Of a stretch of DNA of 64,000 nt, positions 1 through 13,220 are shown in pieces (the first letter of the stretch is position 1; the number at the start of each line of letters is the position of its first letter). A model generated the notes under the pieces. The model ran no database searches, was not told the DNA's origin, and was given only the letters and a program-made list of their open reading frames with translations. Source of the stretch: Octopus vulgaris (taxonomy: Eukaryota); contig OX597821.1 in assembly GCA_951406725.2 (NCBI GenBank), positions 5,270,001-5,334,000 of the forward strand. The letters are read 5' to 3'. The position numbers and the translations under genes were made by a program.

Positions 1-311
1 AGGAATTAAATGCTACAGTGCGATTGATTGACTGAATAAAAACAATCTGAAGATCGAAACAAAGAAAGGAAGGATGAAATGAAGAAATGTACGGAATGGA
101 GGGGAAGGTGTGGTGGTCATGGTGGGAATTGAAGAGAGACAACGAGTATTTCTGTTCGACAGTGATAAAGATGAATGAGTGATTGAAGAAGAAAAAGCAG
201 AACAATTAGTCTGAGTAAAAATGTGGCTACGAATAGGGGTAGTGTGAAGAGGTGGGGTTAAATACAAGCGGACATGAGAATTAGGACAATAAGTGTGAAA
301 AGTATTTTATA

Positions 312-1065
312 ATTTAAAGCAATATCTATGAACACCAGATTCGCATCGTATTCTTAGCCACTTTTTTTACCTCTTCGCTGTCGTTGATTAATATCTGTAA
401 TGAACGAAAATAGCGAGTATCTAAGTATGTAAAGATGTTTCATAAAACACATCTGAAGAACCAGAGAAAACTATTGATGAGGAATTAATATTATTTTGCA
501 TACTTCATTGCAGCAATTGGAAAAGGTTTAGGTTTTTCAATACAAGGAAGGAAATACTTTATCTTATTTACCTGAGCCAAAAAGATTCAGAAGGCAAACA
601 CGTACCGTTACGTTTACTTGAAGCTTTCGCAACTTACATATACTATGTAACGTCTGTTAAACTAATATTATCTTTTATATAATGTGTTTATGTGTGTAAC
701 ATTTATCATGCAGTGACAGGATGTGATTGTTATCCATCGATGTATGTGTTACCTGTTGGTTGTATATGAGTAATCTTCCTTTCGCTACTCAAATTTATTT
801 AATGATGCACTTATTTTTATCCGTATATCTTTAGTGTGTGTGTGTATACACACGTATCATACACGCACACGCATCATGCACACACATGTACCCAGATATA
901 TATATGTCTATGCATACACATACAAACTCGAAGTATTTAAAGCAATACCCATGAACATCAAATTCGCACAGTATTCTTTACCTGTTTTCTTCTTTTCGCT
1001 ATCGTTGATTAATATCTGTTTGTAATGAGCAAAAATAACACGGATGTAAAGTTGTTTCATAAAAT
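312..1065 (+). repeat. Pair of diverged ~135-bp direct repeats (about 312-448 and 935-1065)
   Basis: Both read ATTTAAAGCAATA..ATGAACA.CA.ATTCGCA..GTATTCTT...TCGCT.TCGTTGATTAATATCTGT...ATGTAAAG.TGTTTCATAAAA; family not identified. Confidence 0.6.
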
Positions 1066-1189
1066 AAATCATCGTATGTATGTATAATGTGCATATTTAT
1101 CATAATCATCATCAAACAGTAGATATTTATTTCTCTCGAGGCTTAGAACACATACGGCCGGTCACAGAGTTTTCGTGGAGTATAAGTGA

Positions 1190-1365
1190 CGAGACAATCC
1201 CCTGAACAAGATGTGTGTCGCAAGGCTATTCTTTGACACCTGAATAAACTAGAGCAACGTTAAACGAAATGTTTTGCTCAAGAACACAACGCACCACCCG
1301 GTACGGAAATCGAATCCATGATCTTACAGTCTTGAAAGCAACACTTAATCACGACGCCACGCTCC
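1190..1365 (-). mobile_element. Degenerate tRNA-derived SINE (related to family C)
   Basis: AGAGCAACGT..AAATGTTTTGCTCAAGAACACAACGCACC..GGAAATCGAATCCATGATCTT matches the head/core of the copy at 43035-43340. Confidence 0.5.
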
Positions 1366-2404
1366 TTCACTATACTGGTGAGGTGAAACGGCAGAAATCG
1401 AACGAGGGGAATAGGTGACGGACAGTTAAACAACATCAGAGTTTACAACAGCTAGAGAAATTTTTTTAAAGGTGTGGACAAAATGTTAACACCAAAAGAA
1501 AATTTGTGCACATTGAACTCTTCGCCGAAAATTGAAAAGTGAAAAGAAGACTGCCGTTTCGGGTGCACGCCTTATTAATGTAGAGTAAAAAGAAGCAAAG
1601 AAACAAGAAAAGAAACGATATATGCTTAAAGCATATGTGTACCTTTTAACATTAGGTTGTAGAATATTAATTACCTCCTTGAGACAATTACAATGTATCG
1701 TACTCTTAGCACAACTATTTTGAAGCACGTCTGTACAAATATCAGCTACCAGTCTGATAAGCCATCACGGGCTGACATACTACTGCAAGTTTCTCATTCA
1801 TGATTAATACCATCTCCTGGGAAGCAATGGTAGGACATTTAGGTGATCATTTGACTTGCCAGAATTGACAGCGAAAACCTCCTGAAAAGATCGTTGTTTC
1901 CATCCGTATCCGCTATACAATGCTAACGCCTCCCCTTTATAGTCATATATAGAATGCAACGCAGTAACAATGTTTTACACCAAGCCTGACTCATCTATCA
2001 TCCGTGTGGCATCTCTTATATTCCTTCCCATGACATTCATCTCTTATGTTCCTACCGTAAGGCTTCACTTCCATTCACGCCAGCTTGATTTAATTCGTCC
2101 TTAGTCGAAAGACGCCTGTTGTTTGTATTTGTAACTGCGTACCATTTCTCCGTTTTTTCGTCTTGTTTTCGTATACATTCGCGTGCTTTATTCCAAGGAT
2201 TCTACTGATTTTAGCTTAGATTTTGGGGGGTCGGCCAGATTGTAGCAAACTCGAGTGTAACCGGCCGAAACTGCAACGACGATCTGGAACTTGACTGAGG
2301 ATAGGAAGCTCCGAATGACCCATCCTTGTTCTTTCCTTTCCTTTTTTGATCGTCTGTCCGGATGTTTTATAGTCGCCTGTTACGTTCTTGTTACATTTTT
2401 GCTT

Positions 2405-2450
<46 letters not shown>

Positions 2451-2524
2451 TACATATATATGTGTGAGTGTATGTCTGTGTGTACAAAACAAAGTTATTT
2501 TACTCTACACGGGTAGAAATATGT

Positions 2525-3540
2525 AAAGTTGATGCTGGTCCCGCAATTGAGCCGGCCACATTTTTTACTGCTGGTGTAGGAATTGCGGAAGGTAATTTAG
2601 CTCTTGTGAGGAATATTTTTATGGACTTTGATTGTCTTTTACACTTGATTATTTTGTGTATTTCGAATGCTTGTTTCATTCTTTGGTCTTGGTCTCGTAG
2701 TGGGATGTTCTGCTGGATAACATTATAAACCTCTGTGTTTCTTAGATTGTAATAAAGGGTAATTTATTGGGTGTAACCGGAGCGTTTTTCGTTTTTCGTG
2801 TTTCTTCGATATTTATTGCGCTGGCACGATCTATTCCGTTGTCTATTACCATTAATGGATATCGTCATTTAAGTAGCACTTATTTTAGTTCCTGGAATCT
2901 TTTATTGCGAGTTTCCGGGTTTGAGACCATTGTGCAGATATTCTTGCTAGAATAAAGGGAATATTATTCTTCGTGTGGTTGCGATGGCGTGAGGAGAAGA
3001 GTAGGTATTGTTGAGAATCTGTTTGTTTGTAGTGAATATCTATTCCAATGGTTTTATCTCCTTTGATGATTTGTGTTTCCAGGAAGGGTAGTTCAGTTTC
3101 ACTGTATTCCGTGGTAAATTTAATATTATTGTTTTATATTGTTGATTAGATTTTTAAAATCCATCAGTTGTTCTAATGTGCACGTTCATATAATTAAGCA
3201 GTCATCTAAGTAACGTTTCCATTTTTCTAGTAGATTTTTGTGCAAGTTCAAGACATATATTAATTTAGATTGGTCATATATCTGAACCTCCACGCTATGA
3301 CTAGATTGGCGTAAGTCGGCGCAACTTTTGTTACCATCACACTCCCAGATATTTGTTTGTAAATATTGCAATCGAAGTCAAAAAGTTTTTTTCGAAGATA
3401 AACTTTAATCCTTCAGTGACGAAACTCTTTTCAATTTTGTATGGAATTTCATGAGCAATGTCTCAAACGAGAAATTTATTGCCTGTTATCCATATTGGTG
3501 TGGGATTGTGGTATATGGTTTTGCCACATCAGAAATTTCT
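2525..3540 (-). pseudogene. Penelope-like element reverse transcriptase remnant (5'-truncated, frameshifted)
   Basis: Manual translation across frameshifts gives FDFD..IYKQISG.VM.TKVAPTYANLV, WKRYLDDCLII, IKFTTEYSETELPFLE, YKQTDSQQYLLFSS.H..HTKNNIPF.LA and a C-terminal KCGRLNC, matching PLE RT, thumb and linker motifs. Confidence 0.85.
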
Positions 3541-3544
3541 CAGA

Positions 3545-3790
3545 CCAGTCATGTAGCTATCCCCTACCAATCAAATCCTATTCAAATCATATACTAATTT
3601 GAGCCATGAACTCCCTATAAAAACAGGGGAAAATTCAAACAATAGTCAGAAGCAAGACAGCTGCGATATAAGCCACGTATTTCTATTTGAACATTTTGAA
3701 AATCAGTGTAAACTGTGAAACCGGTTAAAGCTTCCAATATATTGATAAAAAATATTTTAACTATTCTCAGTGCATTTTCAACTTCCATTT
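3545..3790 (+). mobile_element. Probable inverted pseudo-LTR of the adjacent PLE, with degenerate HHR (3692-3730)
   Basis: CCAAT and TATAAAA motifs precede TTGAAAA-TCAGT-GTAA-ACTGT-GAAA-CCGG-TT-AAAG; opposite orientation to the RT; followed by TA-rich repeats. Confidence 0.55.
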
Positions 3791-4379
3791 TTCCTATATA
3801 TACTTGTATGCATGTATATATTATGTATATATGTATGCATGTAGGTATGTATGTATTTATTTGTAGATATATATATATATATACATATATATACATATTT
3901 GTATGCATGTGTATATATGTAAGTACGTATGTATTTAGTAGATCTATTCACTTCCTGTTGTTGCACACTAATGCCGTTGGTTGGTCAAATACATCTTCCC
4001 TTAGATGAATTTCGGTAGCAATGGCTCTACCTGCATTGGCTGACCCATCAGCAGCATACGACTACATAAACTGTTTTGCTATATGCAGTCCTGCTCGTTG
4101 TATCTACTACTCTCTCTTCCTTTTCTTCTTCTTCTGTCCCTTCCTTTCATTCTTCTTCTTCTTTTCCTATTTCATCTTCTACTTCTACTTCTTTTCTTTT
4201 CCTTCTCCCTCTTCTGATTCTTCCCCTTCTCCTTCCTCTTCTCCTGTTTCTATTTCCCTTTCGTCTTCTGCTGGTCGCTCTCCCCGTCCTTTCTTTTCTC
4301 CATCCTATCATTGATCCACACTTATAATATCTACCTTCTATACACATACCGCATCCACACATCTAATTGTTTTACTTTA

Positions 4380-4610
4380 CTATTTCCTTCCGGTATTTTC
4401 CTAACAACAAGGTCCGAAGAACGTACCATGTGTTAGCACACCTTTGATGCACGCTGATGAAATTCCTCTCCAAAAATCTAAAACCGCAAATATTACGTGA
4501 TTTTTCATTTTGAATTTTCGCGTAAATTGGCGATGCAAATGGAGATAATATGGAAATGGTTTGTAACATATAATTAAAGACGTGTTAAAGAATTTTGTTT
4601 TTTTCATTGG
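4380..4610 (+). mobile_element. Possible PLE pLTR remnant with degenerate long-stem-II HHR
   Basis: CTGATGA at 4454-4460, TCTCCA...TGGAGA pairing, then GGAAATGGTT; abuts a (TA)n array. Confidence 0.3.
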
Positions 4611-4749
4611 ATATATATATATATACTATATATATATATATATATACATATATACATATACTATATATATACATATATACATATACTATATATATACATA
4701 TATACATATTTACATATACTATATATATATATATATACATATATACATA

Positions 4750-4831
<82 letters not shown>

Positions 4832-5311
4832 TATACGTATGAAATGCTAGAGTATGTAAAGGAAATGCTAATTACATATACTGCTAATAGTTGATAAATA
4901 TGCATTGCCAGGCTACACAAGCAGATAACAATCGTGAAGAGAATGTCTTCGTTAATAATATATGAATTCAAATTGACTTACCCTTGACTGTTGTTTACAT
5001 TTTTTTTCTCTGTTTTTCTTAATTTCTTTCTTATCAGCATATGCCAAAACAAATGTTTTTAAAATCCTACTAAATTGTCTACTAATTAATTATTCAAAAT
5101 AAGAACAGAAGCTTCGAAAATTTTTCAAATTAGTCTAAAGTTTGAGTAAGTCATGGAGTGAGAAGATTCTTATGCGGAAACTCGGAGGTGATGAACATAT
5201 GAGAAAATTGATCAAAGTGAAAGTAGAAAGAGTGAAAATAGGATATGAAGAGAGTTTTAGTAGCAGGGAACTAAACACAGAATGATAAAAGTTAACGATA
5301 GCATCAGACAA

Positions 5312-5645
5312 ACACCCATGGTTGCGGATTCAGTTCCACTGCATGGCACCTTGCACTAGTGTCTTCTACTAAAGCCTCGGTCCAACCCGAGCTTTATGAG
5401 TGGATTTGGTAGACAGAAACTGAAAGTGTGTCTGTGAGTCTGTGTTTGACGCTCCACCACAACCATCGGTTGACAACCGATGTTGGAGTGTATATGTGTC
5501 CGTACCTTAGTGCTTTGGCAAAAGAGACCGATAGAATGAGTACTAGGTTTACAAAAAATAAGTCCCGGGATTTCTTCGATTAAGGGCTGTCCTCCAACAT
5601 GGCTGCAGTCAGATGGCTAGGACAAGTAAACGAACAAAAGAATAT
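5312..5645 (+). mobile_element. tRNA-derived SINE family B (5'-clipped)
   Basis: Collinear with the copy at 56361-56775 (TTCAGTTCCACTGC.TGGCACCTTG, GGATTTGGTAGACAGAAACTGAAAG, GACAACCGATG, AAAGAGACCGATAGAAT). Confidence 0.8.
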
Positions 5646-5922
5646 GAGAAGAAAAGTAGCAATCAGTCATATTGCATTGTGTCACCCAGCCATGATCACA
5701 ACGAACAATGATTGGGCTTTCATACTGTAAAAACTATAAGAGCATTATGAAATAAGCCAAGAAAGTGGGAGAGATATTATAAATACACATCTCAAAATAT
5801 TCTAGACGATTTCTACTAAGTGAACAAGTCGTGCAATTTGATTAATAAAGAGAAAGGAATTGAAGGACTCAAATGTTATTGTGAAAAATCCCGATTTTTT
5901 CTAATATATATATCAGCTCTAA

Positions 5923-6140
5923 GGCGGCGATCTGGCAGGATCGTTAGCGTGTCAGGCAAAATGCTTAGAAGCATTTCGTCCGACTCTACGATCACACGTT
6001 CTGAGTTCAAATTCCAAGGAGGTCGACTTTGTTTTTTATCATTCTGGAGTTGGTAAATTATGTACCAGTTGAGCCCTGGGATCAATGTTTTCTATTTAAC
6101 TTCTCGCCTGAAATTGCTGGTCTGGTCCCAAAATTTGAAG
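5923..6140 (+). mobile_element. tRNA-derived SINE family A (Nin/Deu-type core)
   Basis: GGCGGCGA.CTGGCAG head, B-box GAGTTCAAATTCC, core GGTCGACTTT...TCAT...GTACCAGTTGAG. Confidence 0.8.
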
Positions 6141-6162
6141 ACTATTTATGTAGCAATTCATA

Positions 6163-6375
6163 GGCGGCAACATGGCAGAGTCATTAGCGCGCCAGGCAAA
6201 ATGCTTAACGTCATTTCGTCCATCTTCACATTCTGAGTTCAAATTCCGCCGTGGTCGACATTCTCTTTCAGCCATTCAGGATCGATAAAATAAGTATCAG
6301 TTGAGGACTGTGTGTCGCTGTAATCGACTAACCTCTTCCCCTGATATTACTGGACTTGTGCCGAAATTTGAAATT
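6163..6375 (+). mobile_element. tRNA-derived SINE family A
   Basis: Second adjacent copy with the same head, B-box and core, and a CTTGTGCCGAAATTTGAAA tail. Confidence 0.8.
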
Positions 6376-6445
6376 AGTATATGTATCAGTTCCAATTAAA
6401 GAAAATACATTTCCGTAACTACTGGAAAATCTATATTATTTAAAT

Positions 6446-6575
6446 CAGTGGTACTCAACCAGCGTCCATATGACCCCCGGAGGTCCATATACAATTTAAA
6501 GGGATCCACTCAAGCGAAATAGCAAACAGGATATCCATTGTAAATATGCATGATAATTTTATCCTTTTGATGTAT
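6446..6575 (+). mobile_element. Left end of hAT-type MITE
   Basis: CAGTGGTACTCAACC terminus similar to the complete MITE at 26886-27222; right end not found. Confidence 0.45.
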
Positions 6576-6702
6576 TTATTTATTTATTTATTGCCCACAA
6601 GGGGCTAAACATAGAAGGGACAAACAAACGGAGAGGGAGGGAGATGGAGATAGAGAGAGGGGGGACTACAATATCCAGGCGGTTACCATTGAAGAACTTA
6701 AT

Positions 6703-6942
<240 letters not shown>

Positions 6943-7179
6943 TTGCACCTCCCTGCACACAGATGCACCACGTGAAAACAGGTCTTGTTTTGTTTACATT
7001 ATCTTAATCATATTTACTTAGCAGTTTGGTTAAACAAGTTATAGAACATATATCAAACTTATGACTAAGTTTGCAACTAGACAATTACCATCACGATCGA
7101 GCTCCAGTATGAGCGCAGTCGAACGCGTGAAACAAGTGAAAGAATACAGAATAATAGAAACAAAGAGAAATAAATATCC

Positions 7180-7751
7180 TTTTCTACTCTAGGCACAAGG
7201 CCCGAAATTTGGGGGGAGGGGGCCGTCGATTACATCGACCTCAGTACGCAACAGGTACTTTTCGACTCCGAAAGGAGGAAAGGCAAAGTCGACCTCGGTG
7301 GAATTTGAACTCAGAACGTAAAGACAGGCGAAATACCTATTTTTTTACTACCCACAGGGGGCTAACACACAGAGGACAAACAAGGACAGACAAACCGATT
7401 AAGTCGATTATATCGATCCCAGTGCGTAACTGATATTTATTTAATCGACCCCGAAAGGATGAAAGGCAAAGTCGACCTCGGCGGAACTTGAACTCAGAAC
7501 GTAGCGGTAGCAGAAATACCTTTTTCTTTACTACCCACAAGGGGCTAAACATAGAGGGGACAAACAAGATAGAGAAACGCATTGAGTCGATTACAACGAC
7601 CCCAATGCGTAACTGGTACTTAATTTATCGACCCTGAAAGGATGAAAGGAAAAAATCAACTTCGGCGGAATTTGAACTCAGAACGTAGCGGCAGACGACA
7701 TACCGCTAAGCATTTCGCCCGGCGTGCTAACGTTTCTGCCAGCTCACCGCC
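7180..7751 (-). mobile_element. Trimeric SINE family A (one head, three ~180-bp bodies)
   Basis: Head at 7751; bodies restart at AGGTATTTC after each ...TGTGGGTAGTAAA tail (junctions near 7520 and 7339). Confidence 0.85.
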
Positions 7752-8498
7752 TTAAAAGAGAAAAGAATATTAATAACGACCAAACAAATGTTAAATAGAT
7801 TAGTTTCATTACTAAAGAAATATTATGTCAATAGCAAAACTGAACCGGAAAATAACTAAGTCTAGAAAGCTGTATCTGTGAACAAAGGTGAAATGATATA
7901 ACAAGTAAATATAATTATAAGAGTCCCAGATGACACCAGAATGTTAGTTAAAGCTATAAACCGTTGATCGAACAAACACGAATTCCTTGAGAAAATTAAA
8001 TTTTGAATATCGTTTTTGGTTGGTAAAGATCACAGTTGAAATGATATTACTGACAAACAAAGCTGCAAATTAAAGTATTGAGAACATAAAAATTATATAT
8101 ATATATAGATATATATATATATATATATATATAAATGCACACGTACTCGCGCGCGCATATATATTTGTGTGTGTGTGTGTGTGTGCTTGTGCGTGTGCAA
8201 CCGTCAATCCATCGGAAGCTGTTAATCCAGAAATGTTTTGTTTCCCTTTCTACATTTTTGCCCTCCATTTTTTCTTTCCTATTTCCTTTCTGTAGAAAAG
8301 CGAGAGCTCTTCCATTTTACTCGCGCATCACACTAATAGATCTAGGTTATGGTTCTCTCACTTATCTTCTGTTTTTGGGGGTTGTTGGTAAATTTTGAAC
8401 TATATATATATGCACACTTAGACACACACGCATAGATAGATACATGTGCGTATGTCTGTGTTTTTATATCTATCTATCTAATCTATCAATTTATCTAC

Positions 8499-8534
<36 letters not shown>

Positions 8535-8549
8535 TTATCTATCTATCAA

Positions 8550-8597
<48 letters not shown>

Positions 8598-11500
8598 GAA
8601 ACAACGATCAGTGAGAAGATTTATATATGATTCAATAAAAATATTTGAAAGGTTAAAAACCGCATACGAGATCGAAATCTTAAGAGAAGAATGTTCTTAT
8701 AAAGGAAGGCGGTAATATTCAATGCTCTGTGCCAAAGAAGTAAAATTTTATGGGGGGGGGGACAGGGATAGTTGACGAGATGATGAATGCCTATGTGTAA
8801 GGAAATACGGTAAATCTTTTTTAAAAAAATACATTTAAAAGACCTCTGAGGAAATAACGATTAAGAAGAATGAAGATAAATATTTTACAGGGTGAGGTGT
8901 TTGACAGGTTAGATTTTTAAAAATATCTGTGGATGGTTTAGTTTTAAGATGCCCAGAAAGGATGTTTCGTCGTTAACATGTAGCATGGAATGTTAGAAAC
9001 CAAAACGTGGTAAAAATTTAGAGTGATGTGAATAGTATGATTATTGTGCAGAAGATGTAAAGGAAAAAAAGCGGAAAGTTGTCTGTATGTGAAATACTGT
9101 TGGAGAATCATTATATTGAAAGGCATAACATTGCATTGGCGATTCCATAGAAAATTTGGCAAAGCAAGAAAGATTAATTGGAATATCTCTGGTGTCATAT
9201 AAAACTTGATATAATATACTCACAATATTGAATACTAAGAAGACGAGAAAAAATATATCGTGTTGTGATTCTGAGTACTTCATGCATAAATTTACCACTA
9301 TGAGAATGATATATTTAATTTTAGAAAATTCTACCACGGAGAAAAGTTATGTTTTCATAAATATATATCTGTCACAATGAAAAAGAATCGGAGGGGAAAC
9401 AGTAAAAGATATTGAAAAAATACTAATAGCAAGTCCTGGAAATACGTGTGCGAAAAGAGTAAAATGAAAAAAATTTCATCCAATTTTGTTTCTTATCTTG
9501 TTGCTACTTCATATCTGTAACAGATTCTCAATAATGCGCCTTCATATTGGGGCTCTCTGTGAGTAAATATATCCAGAACGGAGAATATGTTGGATAAATG
9601 TTTTGTGTTTAATAGCAAATAAGATTTTTCTATAGGCGTTTGTCATGGCTGTGTGTTTAAGAAACTCACTTTGCAGCCATGTCGTTCTGGATTCAGTCCT
9701 ACAGTGCAGGAATACAGGCTGGTGTCTTCAACTATAGTTCGGTTCCAAACTATATATTGTGAAAGAATTTGGTGGGCGAAAATTGTGTAAAGGCCTGTTG
9801 GGTGTGGCCAAGTGGTTAAGGTGTTCTACTCACCGCCTCGAGAATGTGGTTTCTATTTCCAGACTGGCTCTCGGCGTTGAGCTCTGGAGCAAAAAGAAAA
9901 AGTTCATTTTATGTTACTCTAGTTCACTCTGTGATAAATGGGTAACACTGTGACACATCAGCGTTCCATTTAGTGTGAATATTGGCATGGATGCATAACC
10001 AGCGGGGTCACCACATTCGAAAGTTAAAACAATGCGAAGCCCATTGTGACTAGCGTTGTAGAACAACATCCAATAATCTGGTTCATAACGGGATACTGTG
10101 ATATGCGATTGTGTGTAGATGTGTACGCATGCATGTGTATGCCTGAGATCGAATTCAGATGAAACAATTGTAAACTGATCTAATAAAGAAAAAAAACTGT
10201 ATTTTTGTTTATAATTGTAAGATGAAACTATTTCCGAATTATTGTCTGTCTGATAGCCTGCATCCGTGGGTGAGCTTAATATGGTAAACCCCTGACTTAA
10301 AACCAGGCTAAATTATAATATATAGACACACACATACATTAGGAAAAAGAGAGATTTTAAAATACAGACAACTATCAATAAAGCAGTTTCAAACGAATTT
10401 GGTTGAGTATATCAAACAATCAGATACCAATAAATGCAAGTTGAGAAAGAATAGTAACTAGTTGGTATTAATGAAGTACTATTTTTGTCGAACAGTACCA
10501 AATGACACATAAAAAAATAGAAAAAAACATAGAAAATTTCATTTGCTCCGAATATCTGAGCAGCATCCACGAAATGGGATGAATATGGAATACTGGGAAC
10601 CGAACGCTTTATACATTCAGCCAAACAGCAACTACCACAATGGAAGTATAACATATTAAATACATACAGACACACTCGCGTACACGCACATATCCAATCA
10701 CACGCATACATAAACATATATATATATATATAGTGTGTGTGAGAGAGAGAGGGAGACACTGAGAGAGGGAAGAAGAAAGAAGGAGAAATGGATGTATGTG
10801 TATGTGTGTACTAATTAATAACCATAATTTTAACCAATTATAATTAACATCGTTAGTGAATGATTAATTTTTACGAAGGGGTATAATTTACACAGATTCA
10901 TTAATTCACAAATTAAATTTGAATTTCAGTAAATTCATTGCCACAGCCCTCTAACTTAAGCATTTGAAAACAATATATACATAAATATATACATACATAT
11001 ACATATATATGTGTGTATGTGTGTGTGCGCGCGTGCGTATGTATGTATATATATATATATATCGACCGTACATATACATACACAAACACGTATATACATA
11101 CACACACACACACATACACACATATATATATATACATATATATACATATATAAACATCTATATATATGTATGCATATTCATGCCTATATTTATATGCATG
11201 TGTGGGTTTCTGCGACTGCGCAGTTTACGTTCACAGAAGGACATGCAATATTTAATAATGTACATAATAATCAGATAGCCCCTTAGTGCATAATTAATTT
11301 ATATTCTCCTAGGAATTTCTCGGTGTTATTTCGAATCAAGATGGAATATCGTCATTGTATATGTTACACATTAATAGACGGGGGAAAAAAAGCAGATATT
11401 ATTATGCCCGTAGCTACGTTAGTGATAAATTATACTGCAACCGTTGTGCCTGCTGTGAATGTAAAACATTCAAGAAATCCATTTCCTTCCAATCATGTAT

Positions 11501-12165
11501 CGATGATTTAAAAGAGAGAGAAACTGAAAGTATGTTCTACGGTGTGGAATGCCTATATAGTAATAACAGGATATGAGGCTCGAGTCTTCAAAGTGGCTGT
11601 TTGTTTCTATTCTTTTATTCATTTCAGCCATGCAGCTACGATCATTTCAGAGCACCACTGTGGATTTTGTAAATACGGATCCAGCAATGTCACTGCTTAT
11701 TCTGGTCGATCTTTGCCTGCTGGTGCCATATTTCTATATGCTTATAAGTTACATATAGACATTAAATATATACCTTTTAATATTATCTCTACATATTTAT
11801 AACGTTTGTATCCGAATACGTCTAAGGTACCGTAGCAATCAAAGGTGGAAATATAGGTATTGGGTGTATATACATATTTCAGGAATTTTTGTTCCTTCTT
11901 CAGTACCTAAAGTATATGTGGGTGTTGGTGTGTGTGTGTGTGTGTATGTTTTTCTTTTTCTTTTATTTTTATTCCATTTAAAATTGCTTCATACATGACG
12001 CATAGAGACAGAAGCAGTATTAATAACTAAAGGTAATCTTTCTCTCCAACCTAACTTTGAAGTTGTGTTAGAACACCAGAGTACTGCGTTATTTCTCTGT
12101 AGAGGTGCTCTCATATGAACTCGTGGTACATAAAAGCACTCGCTTTTATACCGTTGACACACAAA

Positions 12166-12268
12166 AATCATCTGCTATGGACGCTGAAACTGCTAGATCC
12201 CGTGCTTTCACTGTTCTGCGCTCCTCACCGTCACACGTCTAGAAGCAATATATCAGGCGAATTTCCCG

Positions 12269-12316
<48 letters not shown>

Positions 12317-12534
12317 GCATGCATACATGTATGCATGTATGTATGTATGTATAAATAATTGAGAATCAGTTGATTCAGATACTTAAATTGAAGCATCAAG
12401 TGAGTCCGGTATTATCTGCACAGCTCGAAGTAATCATCCGCTATGGACGCTGAAACTGCTAGATCACGTGCTTTCATTGTTCTGCGCTCCTCACCGTCAG
12501 ACGTCTAGAAGCGATATGTCAGGCGAATTTCCCG

Positions 12535-12570
<36 letters not shown>

Positions 12571-12685
12571 GCATGCATACATGTATGCATGTATGTATGT
12601 ATGTATAAATAATTGAGAATCAGTTGATTCAGATACTTAAATTGAAGCATCAAGTGAGTCCGGTATTATCTGCACAGCTCGAAGT
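12166..12685 (+). repeat. Tandem duplication of a ~260-bp unit containing a (TA)n tract
   Basis: Units 12166-12431 and 12432-12685 both start AATCATC.GCTATGGACGCTGAAACTGCTAG and end CACAGCTCGAAGT; they differ mainly in TA length. Confidence 0.9.
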
Positions 12686-12692
12686 AAGGTGA

Positions 12693-13213
12693 ATAAAATC
12701 AAATTAAGGAACAGATATCAACACGTGATAAAATACAACCGTTTCAAGCGGCTCCATTGAATTGAACAATGCAATCTTTACGTGAATTTAAATATAGACC
12801 TATCATCAACTGCACAAATAAATAGAATTTTTATCAGTTGGATACATTAATATAATTTTTCTCAAATACTTTAACACAGCAAGAAGGTGGAAGAGATCCA
12901 TTTTGTCACTATTGTAACTAAGAATAGACTACACTGAGGTCATAGCTTGTAAATCCTTTACACGTGGGTGTGTAGTCTATTCTTAGCTACAATGGCGACA
13001 ACATGGATTTCTCCCATCTTATTGTTCTGTAAAATATTTGTAAAAACTTATGTTAATTTGTCCAACTAATTAAAATTCTATTTATATGTGCATCTGATGA
13101 TAGCTCTGCATTTAAATTGATGTAATGATTGCATTGTTCAATTAAATGGAGCCGCGCTTGAAACGGTCGTACTGGATCACTTCTTGATATCTCGTTGCTT
13201 ATTTTGATTTTAT
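12693..13213. mobile_element. Diverged ~240-bp inverted repeat (PLE-type inverted pLTRs) with HHR motif
   Basis: Arms 12693-12934 and 12970-13213 are reverse complements; right arm has GTGCAT-CTGATGA-TAGCTC...GAGCC..GAAA-CGG-TC-GTAC (13088-13172). Confidence 0.75.
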
Positions 13214-13220
13214 ATATATA

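Noticed and set aside
1380-2400. HHR-like GAAAC..GTC and GGCC-GAAAC fragments
   Set aside because: No recognisable CUGANGA core with matching stems.
7180-7751. CRISPR-like repeat array
   Set aside because: Eukaryotic SINE multimer; no unique spacers and no cas genes.
8640-9340. Possible second GIY-YIG/PLE remnant on the minus strand
   Set aside because: Only faint similarity (FLW..., Y...); too decayed to support by eye.
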